Assembly (NCBI RefSeq): GCF_009914755.1
Contig: NC_060947.1
Length of the DNA: 64,000 nucleotides
Source: the human T2T-CHM13v2.0 reference genome, Homo sapiens
Direction: 5' to 3' (one strand)
Shown here: in pieces, positions 13,002 to 25,548 of the stretch
How positions within the stretch are numbered: position 1 is the first letter of the stretch
Layout: each line of letters opens with the position of its first letter
Made by a program: the position numbers and the translations under genes
Notes under the pieces: model-generated
The model's input: the letters and a program-made list of their open reading frames with translations, nothing else
Database searches by the model: none
What the model was told of the DNA's origin: nothing

Positions 13002-13124
13002 TTTAATTGGGTTACTTATCATTTTATTGCTGAGTTTCCAGGGTTCCTTATAAATTCTGGATACTAGATCCTTATCAGATATATGACCCACAGATATTTT
13101 CTCCCATTCTGTGTGTTTTCTTCT

Positions 13125-13285
13125 TAACTTTTTTAAACCTGAATTTCCTCACTTGAACAGAGAAAATACCAGTATAACCTCCCAAATTTCATGGAAAGAG
13201 TCAATGAAGTGATCCATTAGCGCACTTAGAGAAATGAATGTCTGGCACACATTAAGCTTACCTCAATAAGTCTTAGTTATTATTA
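13125..13285 (+). mobile_element. MIR 3' half
   Basis: 'aaacctgaatttcctcacttg...gcacttagag...tggcacac...ctcaataagtcttagttattatta'. Confidence 0.7.
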
Positions 13286-13884
13286 GCTAGTATTGGCTGA
13301 CTTGGATTTATTGTGAGACAGAGACAAGGTGTAAGCCCTCAAGTCATAATTGTACATCTGACAGGTGTGATGTGAAAGGTTCAAAGTGCTTTGATTGAAC
13401 TAACATGTTATTCCTAGGATGATTGGAGCAATTTTATTTGAGGGACTACATTTTTATTCTGAATAGATTTCCTAGTTCTAGATATTAAATACTAAGTCTT
13501 GGCCAGTATTGGGGTCTGCTATTCTCCACGTATCTATATTTACAGTTCTTTCTGATTCTATCTAGACAGCTAGTTACCTATCTATCAAGAAGGTGAGTCT
13601 ATGAATAATAGGATAGAAATAGCCAAGTTCTGGGGCAAGTACTCAGAATTGGCACCCTCTTACCTGAAGCCAAATCAGGAAAGAGTAGAGCTCCAATTTC
13701 ACAAGATGTTCATCCACTATATGTAAAACCTACTCTCATGTCTCTCTGTTGTTGCTTAAACTGCTTTCTTCAACCAGAGACCTGGTGATTTCCTCTACAG
13801 TGATTCTTTTAAGGCTGCTTCTAAATACATTGATATAAGAACCAGGCTCCAGTTTGCCTTAATATCAGTAATAGTGGAAGCAGT

Positions 13885-14095
13885 GGCATTTATCAAGTGC
13901 TCACGACGAACTCTTTTCACATATTATTTCAGCTAATCTTTGCAACAACCGTCCAAAGTTGTTATAACTAGCCTTGTTTTAGAGACGAAAAAAAAAATGG
14001 CGACTCAGAGAGGTCAATTAGTTTGCCCAGATTTGTACACTTGGTAAATGCAAGAGCACAGGCTGGACCTGTAGTCTATTCAGCTCCCAACCCTT
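13885..14095 (-). mobile_element. MIR
   Basis: 'gcatttatcaagtgctcac...aatctttgcaacaacc...actcagagaggtcaattagtttgcccag'. Confidence 0.75.
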
Positions 14096-15169
14096 TGCTA
14101 TTTCCTTTACACATTGTTACCCCTAAGGAAATTGAATTACAGAGCCCTTGATTGTTAGACAACTGAGTTATCTCCGTGTTTCAGAATTAGAAAGCCAATC
14201 CTGTCTAATTCATTAGTATATGGTAATACAGAACAGTTTAGATAAGTGTGTCATTTGTTGACAGTGGCCCTCCCTTTTCTTGAGAATCCTCCTCTCCGGT
14301 TCAGTTTTTCTTTATGAGTCAGTGGCAGTGCTAAGATGATGGCCTTACATGTGTTCAGCAGGGTCACAGGAATAAGAAAGACTCATGGTATATTGGTGAG
14401 CTACAGAGAATTCATTTGCCGCAAGTTGAAATTTGGAGAGAGATGGCCAAAATGACTCAACATGGTTGGCTTTCCACATCAATGTAATTGTGCCATGTGC
14501 TATAATTTATAGTGTAAACAAGTTTCCTGCAAAAGCTAAATATATCATGCAACTCATTTAACATGCACAGAAGGAGCCATTAAATTATTTCAGTCCCGTT
14601 ACTCAAAATGTTCAGAAAATTCCTCTGTATTAGAGCCAGTGCAGGATTGGTTCTGCAGCCAAGTGCATCAACATAAATGTTGAATTCTCAGAAGGAAATG
14701 CATGCCTCATACTGTTACTTAGGGAAAATATATGCCCAGACATTGTGGAGCCCCTTCTAAAACAATCCTCATTTTGTTAAAACAATACTATCAAATTTTC
14801 AATCAGGTTATAAAGCATCTCTGCATTTATAAAGCTTGCAGACAATTGTGAATATCAATAAAAAGGTGATGTGTTTTTAAAAGATTAATAATTTATGAAC
14901 CATGGAAATGGAAACTGAGGCTTTTTATGTCATTTTCTAATTTTGTCTACCTACGTGGAGAGAATGCCTTGTGGAAGCCATATGTGATGCCTTAAAACTG
15001 TTTAAATTGGAGTAATTATCAGAACAAATGGTGTCATTGGATGATATTAGTCTGTTTGTGTTCCTTCTGTCTACCCAATGAATCAACATTAATACATATT
15101 TTTAAAAACATTTGAAACATGGTCATCTGTGGTTTCTTTTTTGTTTTAAAGTATATGTTTAAAAATTGA

Positions 15170-15440
15170 TCTAACCTTCCATACATACTAAAATATACCT
15201 TAGATTGAGAGTTTGCAGTTACATATTCCTTATGCAAAAAGGGAGTATCCTTCTCTACTTAGCTGTTAAAGAGTTTGGGTGAGGGATGGATATAAAATTT
15301 TGTCAAGTATATTTTTGGCCTCTATTGAGGTGATCATCTGGTTTTCATCATTTTATTTGTTGATGATGTGCTTTGTTCTACAAATAGACATTTCATTATC
15401 AAAATGTTTCAGCACTCCTGGAATGATACTAGATTAATAT
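15170..15440 (-). mobile_element. Old L1M ORF2 fragment
   Basis: 'ggatggatataaaattttgtcaagtatatttttggcctctattgaggtgatcatctggttttc' matches the antisense L1 ORF2 pattern. Confidence 0.6.
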
Positions 15441-17879
15441 TTGATGATATATAGTTCAGTTGCATTTTAGGTAGATTTGAATTTTCAAGATTTGAAAAAG
15501 TTGATATAGTAATATTAAAAAGGTTCTCATTATTAAAAACATGATCTACTTCTGTTTCTGGCATGCAAAAGCTATTTGTGGCAAATATACAGTTATTTTC
15601 CTTCTTTCGATTTTTACTTTAACATGAGAACACATTTCTCTAGTTTGCCTTGTTTCCAAATAAAATGACATCTGATGTGTCAGGATAATTCAAGCTCAAC
15701 TATCTTGAGCCAATAATCACAGATGATAAAGATTGGGTGATTCCTACGTGCTAGGGGTTTGAAGTGAGATATTGCATTTAATAGTTATAGCAATTCTATA
15801 AGACACTCAGAAGTTCAAGGGATTTGATCTGAGGTGACACAGATAGTCAGAGTTTGAACTTGGGTCTATCTGACTGCAGTGCAAGCTCTATTGCTACACT
15901 GAGCTTTTCAGTGCACTCAGTAGCCACACACAAGTCAATTAGCTTTGCAAAATGGAAAGTTACTGGTCTCTGAGGACTCTGAATATTGGCTAGTTCTTAT
16001 GGATGTGTGTGCCCTTGGACCCAACATGTTACATGATGAGCTCTGGCTAGCTTAGCATGCATGCATCACCCCAGCAGAGAAACAAGTCCATTCGCTATTG
16101 TTCTGTTTATGGTAATGATACTACCAGCCTTTGTTAGAATTTAAATGTGGACAGCACATTCACAATGAGACCTTAGTAAATGAGAGTTATGTTCAGCAGG
16201 TCACCAGGATATGAAACTCAGGTCTTGTAAGGAGTAGTTATCAACTTACAGGGATGTCTGGTGGTGTAGGGGAGCACTTTTACCATGGCACCCTGGAGAA
16301 CCTGCAGGTATCCAAATAGGCCACATAAGCAGAGGCTTGAACCACAGCTAATCTGAGCCTTGGTGGAACATCCATTGATCCTCCCAGAACAAGAGAGGAC
16401 AAGAAGATTGTGAGATGTACTTTAAGGCCATCTCCCACTCACTTCCCTATCTCCTTTGGAATGCTATCATGAGACAGTTTCCCATCACCTCCCAGGTTCT
16501 GTTGAGGAGTTTTCTGTCCTGCCCTCCACTGAATAGAACTCTAGCCTATACAACTGCTAAGCCAAAGTCTAAAATTGACTCCTCAGCTACAGTGTGTCCT
16601 ATAACTTGGTCTGCAGTCATCTGGCCTCTTTTGGTTGGTATCCTCCTTTTTGGTGTGTGGGACAAGAGTCGGGGGTCAGCTGGCACCTTTGGCAATTCTT
16701 CTTTTATTTTATTTCAAGCCTAGTTTAGTAAGTACTAAACTATCTGTATCTAAAAGTGGACCTGCATCTTTATTGGTTGAATTAGCCAGGCCTTGGCCTT
16801 GACCTTGCCCTGTCTTCTATGTGTGTGTTAACAGGAGGTACTCATACTCATCTGCTGGAATGCTCACAGGGGTCCTGGGCTACATGTGCCCAAGAAGGTC
16901 TATCCAGCTCTACAGAGTTAAAATACTGTCAATATGGGTTAGAAAGCAATCTACCTCTTCCCCTAAACCAGAGTGTGGAGAGTGATTTTGATGCAGCCAA
17001 AAGAGCTGAGCATACAAATCAGGTGGGATTTTTATAAATAACTGAGCAACAATGCTGTCAACATTTTAGTTGGGCCTACATTGTCAGTCCTGAATGTTTT
17101 GCTAAAATAATCTGAAATAAAATGTGAATTCTTTATGCATCAGCATAAGGGAAATCCTATTTCCTGTGTCAATTCAGGTAGACAGGCCTTCTTGACAACC
17201 TTTCTCTGGAAATGGGTTTGAGAAATGGTTTAAAGCACTCCAAGCTAAAGTGTTCTGTTATCAGCAGCTGAAAATTTGCCATGCATCACATAGGACTAAG
17301 AATTGGTCCTTGCCCCCATTGAGTTTAATGTAAGACACAATGGCTGTCAGCAGGTATGAGTTGTAGTGCACTTAACAGCGACTTAGTATTTCAGTTGTTT
17401 TGGACAGCTTCCTTAGATAGATATTAATGGACCAACTCCATAAAGGAGTTATTTCCTTAATCATTTGACAATTAGGAGCTGACGTGAAGAGATGAGTAAT
17501 GAAGTACCCTCTGTGATTGTACTTTGGAGGTAGCCACAGGGGTTTCTTATATCTAATCTGCTGTAGTTGCTCTAAGAAGCTGAAGGGAGACTGAGAGGGG
17601 CAATTCCAAAAGGAATTCTGCCTTTCCTCATCACTTGAGAATGGAAGCTAACCAGTGACTGGGTTTGTCTCCAAAGAGAATGCTGAGTACTAGAGACACT
17701 CTTCTGCCTGATAGAGAAAGTCCTCACTTGGCATCTGAGCCTTATCAAAATGAAGAGACATTTGATAGACAGGCAGCCTAGTGTGAGGGAAGGCTTTGAT
17801 GTCTGGTGGAATTCCTGATTTAAATTCAGTGTTCTTAGACAACCTTGAATGTTAGGATCATCAGTGTCCAAATTCAGTT

Positions 17880-18060
17880 GACTCCAATTCTGAAATGTCT
17901 CTAGAATCTGGTCTCCACTATTTTTACTGTCTGTGCCCTGACCCAGGCCACCAACCTGTGTTACCTGGAGTACTACGATGGCAGTCTAACTGGTTTCCTT
18001 GCTGCCTCCTTCTTTCAGTCAATCTATATTCTTTACTTCCTGAAATCTCACCGGCAAATA
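17880..18060 (+). mobile_element. L2 fragment
   Basis: 'gacccaggccaccaacc...acctggagtactacgatggcagtctaactggtttccttgc'. Confidence 0.65.
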
Positions 18061-19085
18061 CCAAGCCTCGTATATGGTCTTGAATGAATTCCTATTCCTC
18101 CACTTGAATGACTTTCCATATCACCCAGTATGACTCAAAGGAAATTCTTTCAAGATGACTTGTACCGCCCTACCAAAGAGCAGAACATCAGCTATCAGGG
18201 TCCATACTTGAAATTTTTTTTAAAGATAAAAGATTCTGTGTTCTCCTTTGGAATTATCCCCGCATTTGTTTTCAGGCCCAGGTTGATCTACTGAGTTATG
18301 GTCTTCTCTGGGGAAATTCACTCTTAGATGTTTTAACACACACACTTCTAAAAAATGATACAAGACTGTTTCGTTGTGAGTAACATTTTCTTGAAAGCCA
18401 TCTGAATTCTATTAGGCACTTTGTCATTTGCATGATAACTTGAGTTCCCACATTGGGAGGACATTGTATAACCCAGAGAAATATACTAAGAAAATGAAAA
18501 TCAAATCCAAAATAGTGACAGTAGAGCAGAAAATTGGTATTGTGATGAATGTATGTGACCAATTCTAAGGAATTCCAAGGTTGAAGAGGTGACAGTTGAT
18601 TGATTCAAGTCATATACGTCAGGGTTCATACTATTAGATTTGGCTTGTGTATACAATATAGACATAGATTCATATGTATCACATATGCACCCAGACAAAA
18701 GGATAGTTACTCTACTATTCTCCTACTGTTGTTTGAGAACTCAGCACTGTAGGCTGTCAGGCTATGTGGCACTTTCTGAATCTCTGAGATACATATTATT
18801 TTTATTCCCATTGCATAGAAGAGAAAACTGAGGTTCAGAGAGGGTAGGTAAATTAAGCTCAAGTTCTCTTATTAAATCCTATGCAATATCCATGGAGCCA
18901 CAACCATCTCCATAAAATGAGGAATCTTAACTAGATGAGTTGTTTTTAAGCTTTGTTCCTGCAAATCCCTGGGAGTTAACAAAACAAACTACTTTAATCT
19001 TATTTGAGGTTTCCTGTAAGGTTTCATTTGGCTACACAAGAAAAGATTTTTTGAGTTTAAGAGTTTGAAAATCATTGGCTTAAAG

Positions 19086-19419
19086 CAAGGGTCAGCAAAC
19101 TCTATTTTGATAAAGACCTAGATGATAAATGTTTTAAGCCTTCGTTTGGTAGCAACTACTCAACCTGGCCATTGTAGCTCAAAAGCAGCCGTGGATGATA
19201 TATAATGAATGGGAGTGGCTGTAGTCCAATAACACTTTATTTATGGATAATGAAATCTAAGTTCCATATAAATTTTTATGTGTCGTGAAATATTATTCTT
19301 CTTTTGATTTTTTTACACATTTAAAAATGAAAAAAAAAAAAACTGTTCTAAAATCATAAGCAGTACAGAGACAGACGGAAGGCTGCTTTGGGCTGAGGCC
19401 TTCAGTTGGCCAATCCCTA
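19086..19419 (+). mobile_element. MER58B-like hAT-Charlie MITE, near full length
   Basis: Terminal inverted ends 'caagggtcagcaaact' / 'agttggccaatccct'; internal 'gcaactactcaac...gccattgtagc...ggctgtagtccaataacactttatttatgga'. Confidence 0.85.
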
Positions 19420-21369
19420 GACTAGATGGCCCCTAAGGGAACTCCTAGTTCTCACACTAAGAAGCCCAATTAATCTTATGAAATACCTATTTTCTGAACC
19501 CCTTGGAAGGCCATCAGCTACAGAAGACAATCTTTATCAGGCCCACGTGCCCATGGCAGGATGCATGTTTAGACCTTGCCTGTGGGCACAGTGGTTGGCA
19601 CTGGGCTAGGGGTCCACCCCTGATAGAACTTGGAGATTTGTTCCTATAGAGTATAATACAGATTTTCAAACTGGTTGTCACTGCCACAGCCCTCAGACAG
19701 GGATTCTGTAGGATTCCCAGTGAGGTGGTGGCCACTGAATCAAAGTTTTAAGTTAAAACCTTAGGAAAATTAAATGTAGCTCCTCCTAAGGGGAAAAAAC
19801 AGCCTGAGCACCTTTACTGCAGGGAAGAAGAATGAATTCCCTGAAAAATATCACCTCCTCTTCCTTATCACCTGCCTTCCTACCAACAAATGATTCAATG
19901 CTGTGGAGACTACAAAGCACTAGATAGGAAAATATATAACTCTCTGAGTAATTCTAAACCAGTCATGTTTTATTTCTTTTAGGTTACTTTATGAAGAGGA
20001 AGTGCCCTTTAAGGAGTCAAGAGGGCTAAGTTACTATCCTAGAAGAGGGACCAGAGTAAGACTCTGCCTAATGAGAACATGCAAGCCCTCTCTAGGCTGT
20101 GTTATTATCCTCAAAGTCAATTGTGTCATTCATTTGGGCCATCAGAAACTTACTCTGATTGCCATGAACTCTGGGGTATTTAGAAAGACAATGATAATTT
20201 AAACCAGTAACCGGAAGACCCCAAACTCACTGGGCCAGAAGTTATAGCTCTATGTTTTAGTTAAGAGCTTAAAACCTGAGTGTAATAACCTCCTCCCTCT
20301 CCTATATGACAGAGGTAGCAACACTGGTTCTGTCTCCAACATCATTACAAGTCTAGTCTCTGAGTGTGGACTATAGAGAGCAAGACTCCAGCTGCAAGGT
20401 AGAAGGTACAGGAAAGCACGTGGCAACTCCTAACTGGCAGATCATTCTCACAATTAAAGGTATTGAACAATAGAAAGGTATTGTTAGCTACCTATCAGAA
20501 AAAAACATGTATGACCATATGTTAGGAATGTTGCAGTTCTCTCCACTAGGTGACACAGTGACATGGTGAAAGAGATAGCACTCTCAAGTACTTCCAACTG
20601 GAAGAGTACATCTGAGAATCAGTCACCAGCATTGCAGCTAGCACCATAGATACCTTGAAGCTGGAATCTAGCCAGTATCAAGTGCTGCTGTCTGCCAAGA
20701 GGAACACCATTTTGTAGTTCACAAAAAGGCACTGTGTAGGCTTGCAAGTCCTGAGAACAACTCAGTGTCCCAACGGTTGTTTCTGAGCAAGGATTCTGGA
20801 TCAACTAGGAGCCTATTATGCCCAGTCTTACACGCAAACTTCAGAGACAGATGTGTGTTGGAACAGCTTCCTGAGAGTGACAGGCCTAAAGACACGGTGC
20901 TCAAGGTGAGCACAACTTCAACTGGGGGGTCGCCCTTGGTTCATTTCTCTGGATCAGCAGGTAGCTTCCCAGGTATAAAGGTCAGAACATCGGGGCCACT
21001 CATTTTTTTCTGAACTCTCACTTGGTACGGTCTGGATGTTTCCTCTTGCAACTGTCTTTCAAATTTCTGGGATAACTTAAGCACTCCAAGAGGATCTAAG
21101 AAAACCCAAGACAGATCTGATGGATTTAGGCCATTTCTAGAAGAGTAAACCAAAGCTCCGAAACTTTCCAAACTCCTTTATAGTCTTTGAACCTCTCCTT
21201 ATTTGGTCATGGTTTCCAATGATGTGTGGGGCCTGATTCCTCTGCCAGCCTCTAGGTTAACACATCAGCTTTTAAAAATTATTATTCCCACCTCTACAAC
21301 AAAATTCCTTTGACAATAATAATAACAATATCAATAGTAACCAAGATGAAAGTGATAGCTGGTAGCTGT

Positions 21370-21570
21370 ATTGGCTCCTAGGCAATTTGTATAAACTTTA
21401 TTTTCTAATTCTAAAAATTGTCCAGAGTAGGTATTATTATTGCCCATTTTAACATATAGAAAATTGAGATTCAAAAGGTCTTATTTACTGTATTAAAAAA
21501 AAATCCGTTAGGAATTCCTGTATTTGAACTCAGGTCTGTTTGGCTCTCGAGACCTTGCTCTTAAGTCCAT
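21370..21570 (-). mobile_element. MIR
   Basis: 'gtaggtattattattgcccattttaacatatagaaaattgagattc...tttgaactcaggtctgtttggctc'. Confidence 0.75.
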
Positions 21571-22959
21571 GCTGACTCAACCAAGGGCTTCTTCCTGCCA
21601 GCCTTCTATAATAATGTTTCAAGCCCTCTATTTTTCCCTCTTCAAAATCATCTAAGCATTCCACTATGTAAATTGGCAAGGTTTTGGGAGAGTGATCTTA
21701 TGATTTTCTGGTTATCATTCACATGGGACCTGTCATGTCATAGTGCACTAGAATGTTTCAGTGCAAAGAGCCCTTGGAGGCCACTAGGTTCAGCTTGAAG
21801 CTCAGAAAATCAAGGACAAAGATCTTCTTTTGGTCCATTCCATCTCATCCAAATTTCACTATCTGAGCTTTTATAGGATCATCTCCTCAGGGCAAGAACT
21901 TGGTTTTTTGTTCACAGTTTTATAGATTATTCTATGTCTCAATACTACAAATTATAGGTCACAGTAAAACTAAAAACAGCATTTTTACACCAAGATGAAC
22001 ATTGTGGATGACTAGACCCTGAACAGACAACAGACTTCACTAAGGAGGTCTAATTGGTTCTGTTTTCACCTAATTGAAAAGTTGAAGAACAATGTCTGTT
22101 TTTTTTAAGATCACACACACAGGCATACATTTATATGAGCAATTTTTTTCACATTATGTGTCATGAATTTGTCTATGGAATTATAACCTCATGAAAAGAG
22201 ATTACCATTTTTCTGCTGAGACGACCTTAACTGCATTGGGTGTGAATGGTGCTGCTATAATAATTAAATCTAATATCTTTCATAATCCTACGCTTTCCCT
22301 AGAGTAATGTTCAGCATTAGCCAAGGATGAAAATGCAAACAAGTACATGTATATTCAATAATAAAGCTTAATAGGTCAGGGAAGAAGTGGAATGAAATGA
22401 ATGCCTAGTTCCTCCAGAGATAACTAATAGTAATTTGCTTCCTAGTTACTTCTTTGACTTGTGTTTACTGGGACTTAAATGTATGCATCAGATTTTCCTT
22501 TATTAACAGCCAAATCCATACCAAGCTTGTTGCATGGTGGGGGTGTGGGGAGGTTGTTTAATGTGGATCGCTGTGTAGATTGGCTGCCTATTTCCAGAAC
22601 TGTACATTGGAGTGCATTTCATCTCCATGTTAAAAATCATATAATGTTGATTGGAGAGTAAAATAACTGCTGAGTTCAGACCTCTGTGCTCTGACTCTGG
22701 TTGTGCTACTTCTACCTGAAGGAGAGAAACCGGAAGACCACAAGCACATTTCTACATCTGGCCTTGAGATGCCCTTAGACATTTCCCAAGTCATCATGGA
22801 TTACCTTCAGATTGTTCAGAAAATTAAAAGGAGAGGAGCAAAGGCACACAGAAACTTCTGCTTCTGATTACTTTTTAATAGTATTAATGAAGTCCATTAT
22901 TTCCAACTGAGATAGCTTTCCAAATTAATGGTGCCCCGCATTATTAGTTTTGTGCTTTC

Positions 22960-23140
22960 ATAATGCACTTTCACATGCATTAGCTCCTGTTATGCTCACC
23001 ACCACCCTCCTGTGATGGAACCAAAGTGTTATCCCATTGAACAGATGAGGGACACAGATGAACCTCAGAGCTGGTAAGTTACCCCAGATATCGGGGTTTA
23101 TGATTAGCCAGCAATTGAGTCCCAGTATCTTGACTCCATG
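22960..23140 (-). mobile_element. MIR
   Basis: 'gcactttcacatgcattagctc...tgttatcccattgaacagatgaggg...gagtcccagtatcttgactcc'. Confidence 0.7.
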
Positions 23141-23239
23141 CTAATGTTTTCTGAGGTTTTTGTTATTGCTGTCAATTTTATTGAATATACCATCTTTTAT
23201 AAGTTGTACACTCTAGGAAAACCTTGTATACTCCCAATT

Positions 23240-23420
23240 CTAGCTGGAGATGATCTAGGTTCCATGTTTGCCTCCGTGATTTCTAGCTGTGTGTTCACAA
23301 GCAAGCTCCTTAACCTGTCTAAACCTCAGAGTCTCCATCTGAAAAATGCAGCTGTAACATCATCTCCTTCATAGAAGTATTGTGAGGACCAAATTCCGTG
23401 CTGCTGGTCAAATACTTAGG
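23240..23420 (+). mobile_element. MIR
   Basis: 'tagctgtgtgttcacaagcaagctccttaacctgtctaaacctcagagtctccatctgaaaaatg'. Confidence 0.75.
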
Positions 23421-23534
23421 ACTTTCTCTGTCTCTGAAAATTGACCCTCTAAATGCAGGAATTATTTACCATTTCTTTTGCTGAATACTTGAATATAAAT
23501 TAACACATAGACATTCCCTAGATGTATTGAGATA

Positions 23535-23557
23535 CACACACACACACACACACACAC
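23535..23557. repeat. (CA)n microsatellite
   Basis: About 11 CA units. Confidence 0.95.
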
Positions 23558-24094
23558 GGAAAGTAAAGCCATTTATAATAACAAGCATAGGTAGTTTGTA
23601 AATATTTGAGTTCTATAGCTTATGAGAATGATACAGTCTTCATTTCCCACAATGTGTTGTAAAGAATTATTTGTTCAGAGTCAGAAGTCTGCAACTGCAA
23701 AAGAAATACCAAGATACATTTTTTCTCCTTCTCTAAGATCTTCAAAACATCCATTAGTCTCTTGAAGGACAGTCATAAATCCTGCAAATTTAGTTTATCC
23801 GAAAGCCACTCTAACAGTTGTCCTTCCCAGCAATCATCCTTTATATCAGTCTTTGGTTTGCCGACCTCAGTGTACACATTCTAGTGTTATGTGACTGAGC
23901 ATGAAAGTGGGGGAGCTGTGCTTTTTTTGGAGAGTTATTGGATATCCGCTCTGCCCTGACTCTCCTTTCAATATTTGAACATAACCTCTGAAGTAACTTT
24001 CCCCCTATTTATCAAATTAGAAGCTTCCTTTTCCCTTCTGGCTTCTCTTCTGGAAAAACACCCAAGTGGGATTACAGAGATGGAAATTTTAGGA

Positions 24095-24240
24095 GTGGCT
24101 CCAGCACTAACTATTAATAGCTGGGTGAGCTTCAGCAAAGCAATTCACCTCTCTGAATCTTTCCTTCCTTGTCTGCAAAATGAGGCCAGTAGACTCTATC
24201 ATTTGTGGGAAGATGCTGTGAAGCACAGTGAGGTGAAAAT
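24095..24240 (+). mobile_element. MIR
   Basis: 'tagctgggtgagcttcagcaaagcaattcacctctctgaatct...ccttgtctgcaaaatgagg'. Confidence 0.7.
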
Positions 24241-24942
24241 GCTGCACCCTCTGCCCTCATGGGAATTACGGACTAGTGGGGAGAGATTCAGTGGAAAGCT
24301 GTGCTGTGATCCAGCTGGAGCTGAGGGTTGGGTAGAGGAAAAAAATATTCTTCCTGAGATGAGAGTTCTTTCTAGAAAGCTTTTGTACAGAAAGTGGGAT
24401 CACTGGGCTACAAAGGATAAATAGGATTTCCAGAGTTAAGAAAGAGATTTCTAGCCCTGGAGCTGAGCCTGATGCAGAGCCTAGATGCAAGAAAGAGCAA
24501 TATATGCATAGGAAATGGTCATTGGTCCAGAGAGGCTGAGACTGTCCCTTCTTGAAGCCTAAGGATGAGGTATAAAGTTATATATAATAAATAAAAATAT
24601 GAACACCAATAGGTCTTTAAAGACAGTGTAGCTGGAATTTTAAGATAATAAGCTATTCGTCCTGCTGTAGCTCACACTTGGAGAGGATGCCACTGGAATT
24701 AATATCCCTATAGAAACAAAAGGCTTTGTGGCTCCATAAACAATCTTGAAAGTGCTAGTTCATCACCAAAATCCAGACCACTCATTTTTCAGGTGCCTTG
24801 CCTTAGGAGAGAAAGATTTCTTATCCACATCATGGGCTTACATCTCTCAGATCAAATTTTACAGGAAGAGATCGGTCATATATCAGAAGGTTAATGACTA
24901 GCCATTTCTCTCCCAGCTCTTTTGCGGCCACCCAGCTACCCA

Positions 24943-24958
24943 GCAGCAGAGGGCACTG
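24943..24958 (+). promoter_or_regulatory. Candidate CTCF motif
   Basis: GCAGCAGAGGGCACTG vs core CCASYAGRKGGCRS (one mismatch); motif only, no binding evidence. Confidence 0.35.
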
Positions 24959-25428
24959 AAAGGCAGTGCAGGTTCACTGTGCCTTTTACCTCCGTCATCC
25001 AGAGAGACCCAGCAGGCTTTGACAACAGCCTCCAGAGCTAGGGATGGTTATCATGCCCCTCTTCTTTAATGGGAAACTCTGAGCACCTTGTCCTGTAGAG
25101 ATCCAGTGCCACATCCCACATACACAGTGATTGATCAGTACATTTATTGCACTTTTAGTAGTAAAAATGTATAGAATCCAGTCATCTCTGGAGATGCTGA
25201 AATAGTATTTTCCCCTTGATTTAGGGGAAGGTAGAGAGGGAAGATATGTGCAAATATGATATAAATATAAGAGCTCAAATATCTAATTAGCTGAAACAAT
25301 CTTGGTTCCCTCTACACCTTTGAAGGATTTGCAGCTGTCAGATTGTAGCTCCAATACTTTATTCTCATTGCAAGATGTATCCGAGGATGATTTAGAAAAT
25401 ATGCCTTCTAACTCAAACACCACTCTGA

Positions 25429-25548
<120 letters not shown>

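Larger units (their letters stand above)
11654..13122 (-). mobile_element. L1MB-like 3' fragment in three pieces (11654-12176, 12533-12566, 13002-13122)
   Basis: Poly-T start then 'aaagtatacaattcagtg...cacagagttgtgaaaccatcaccac'; 'gatgttgagcatcttttcat...ggccatttgt' continues as 'gaaaaatgtctattcagatcct' and then 'tttaattgggtt...ctggatactagatccttatcagatatatg'. Confidence 0.9.

Noticed and set aside
19983-20055. Possible 73-nt plus-strand exon (ttttatttcttttAG ... A|GTAAGA)
   Set aside because: Good acceptor but mediocre donor; no independent support from sequence alone.
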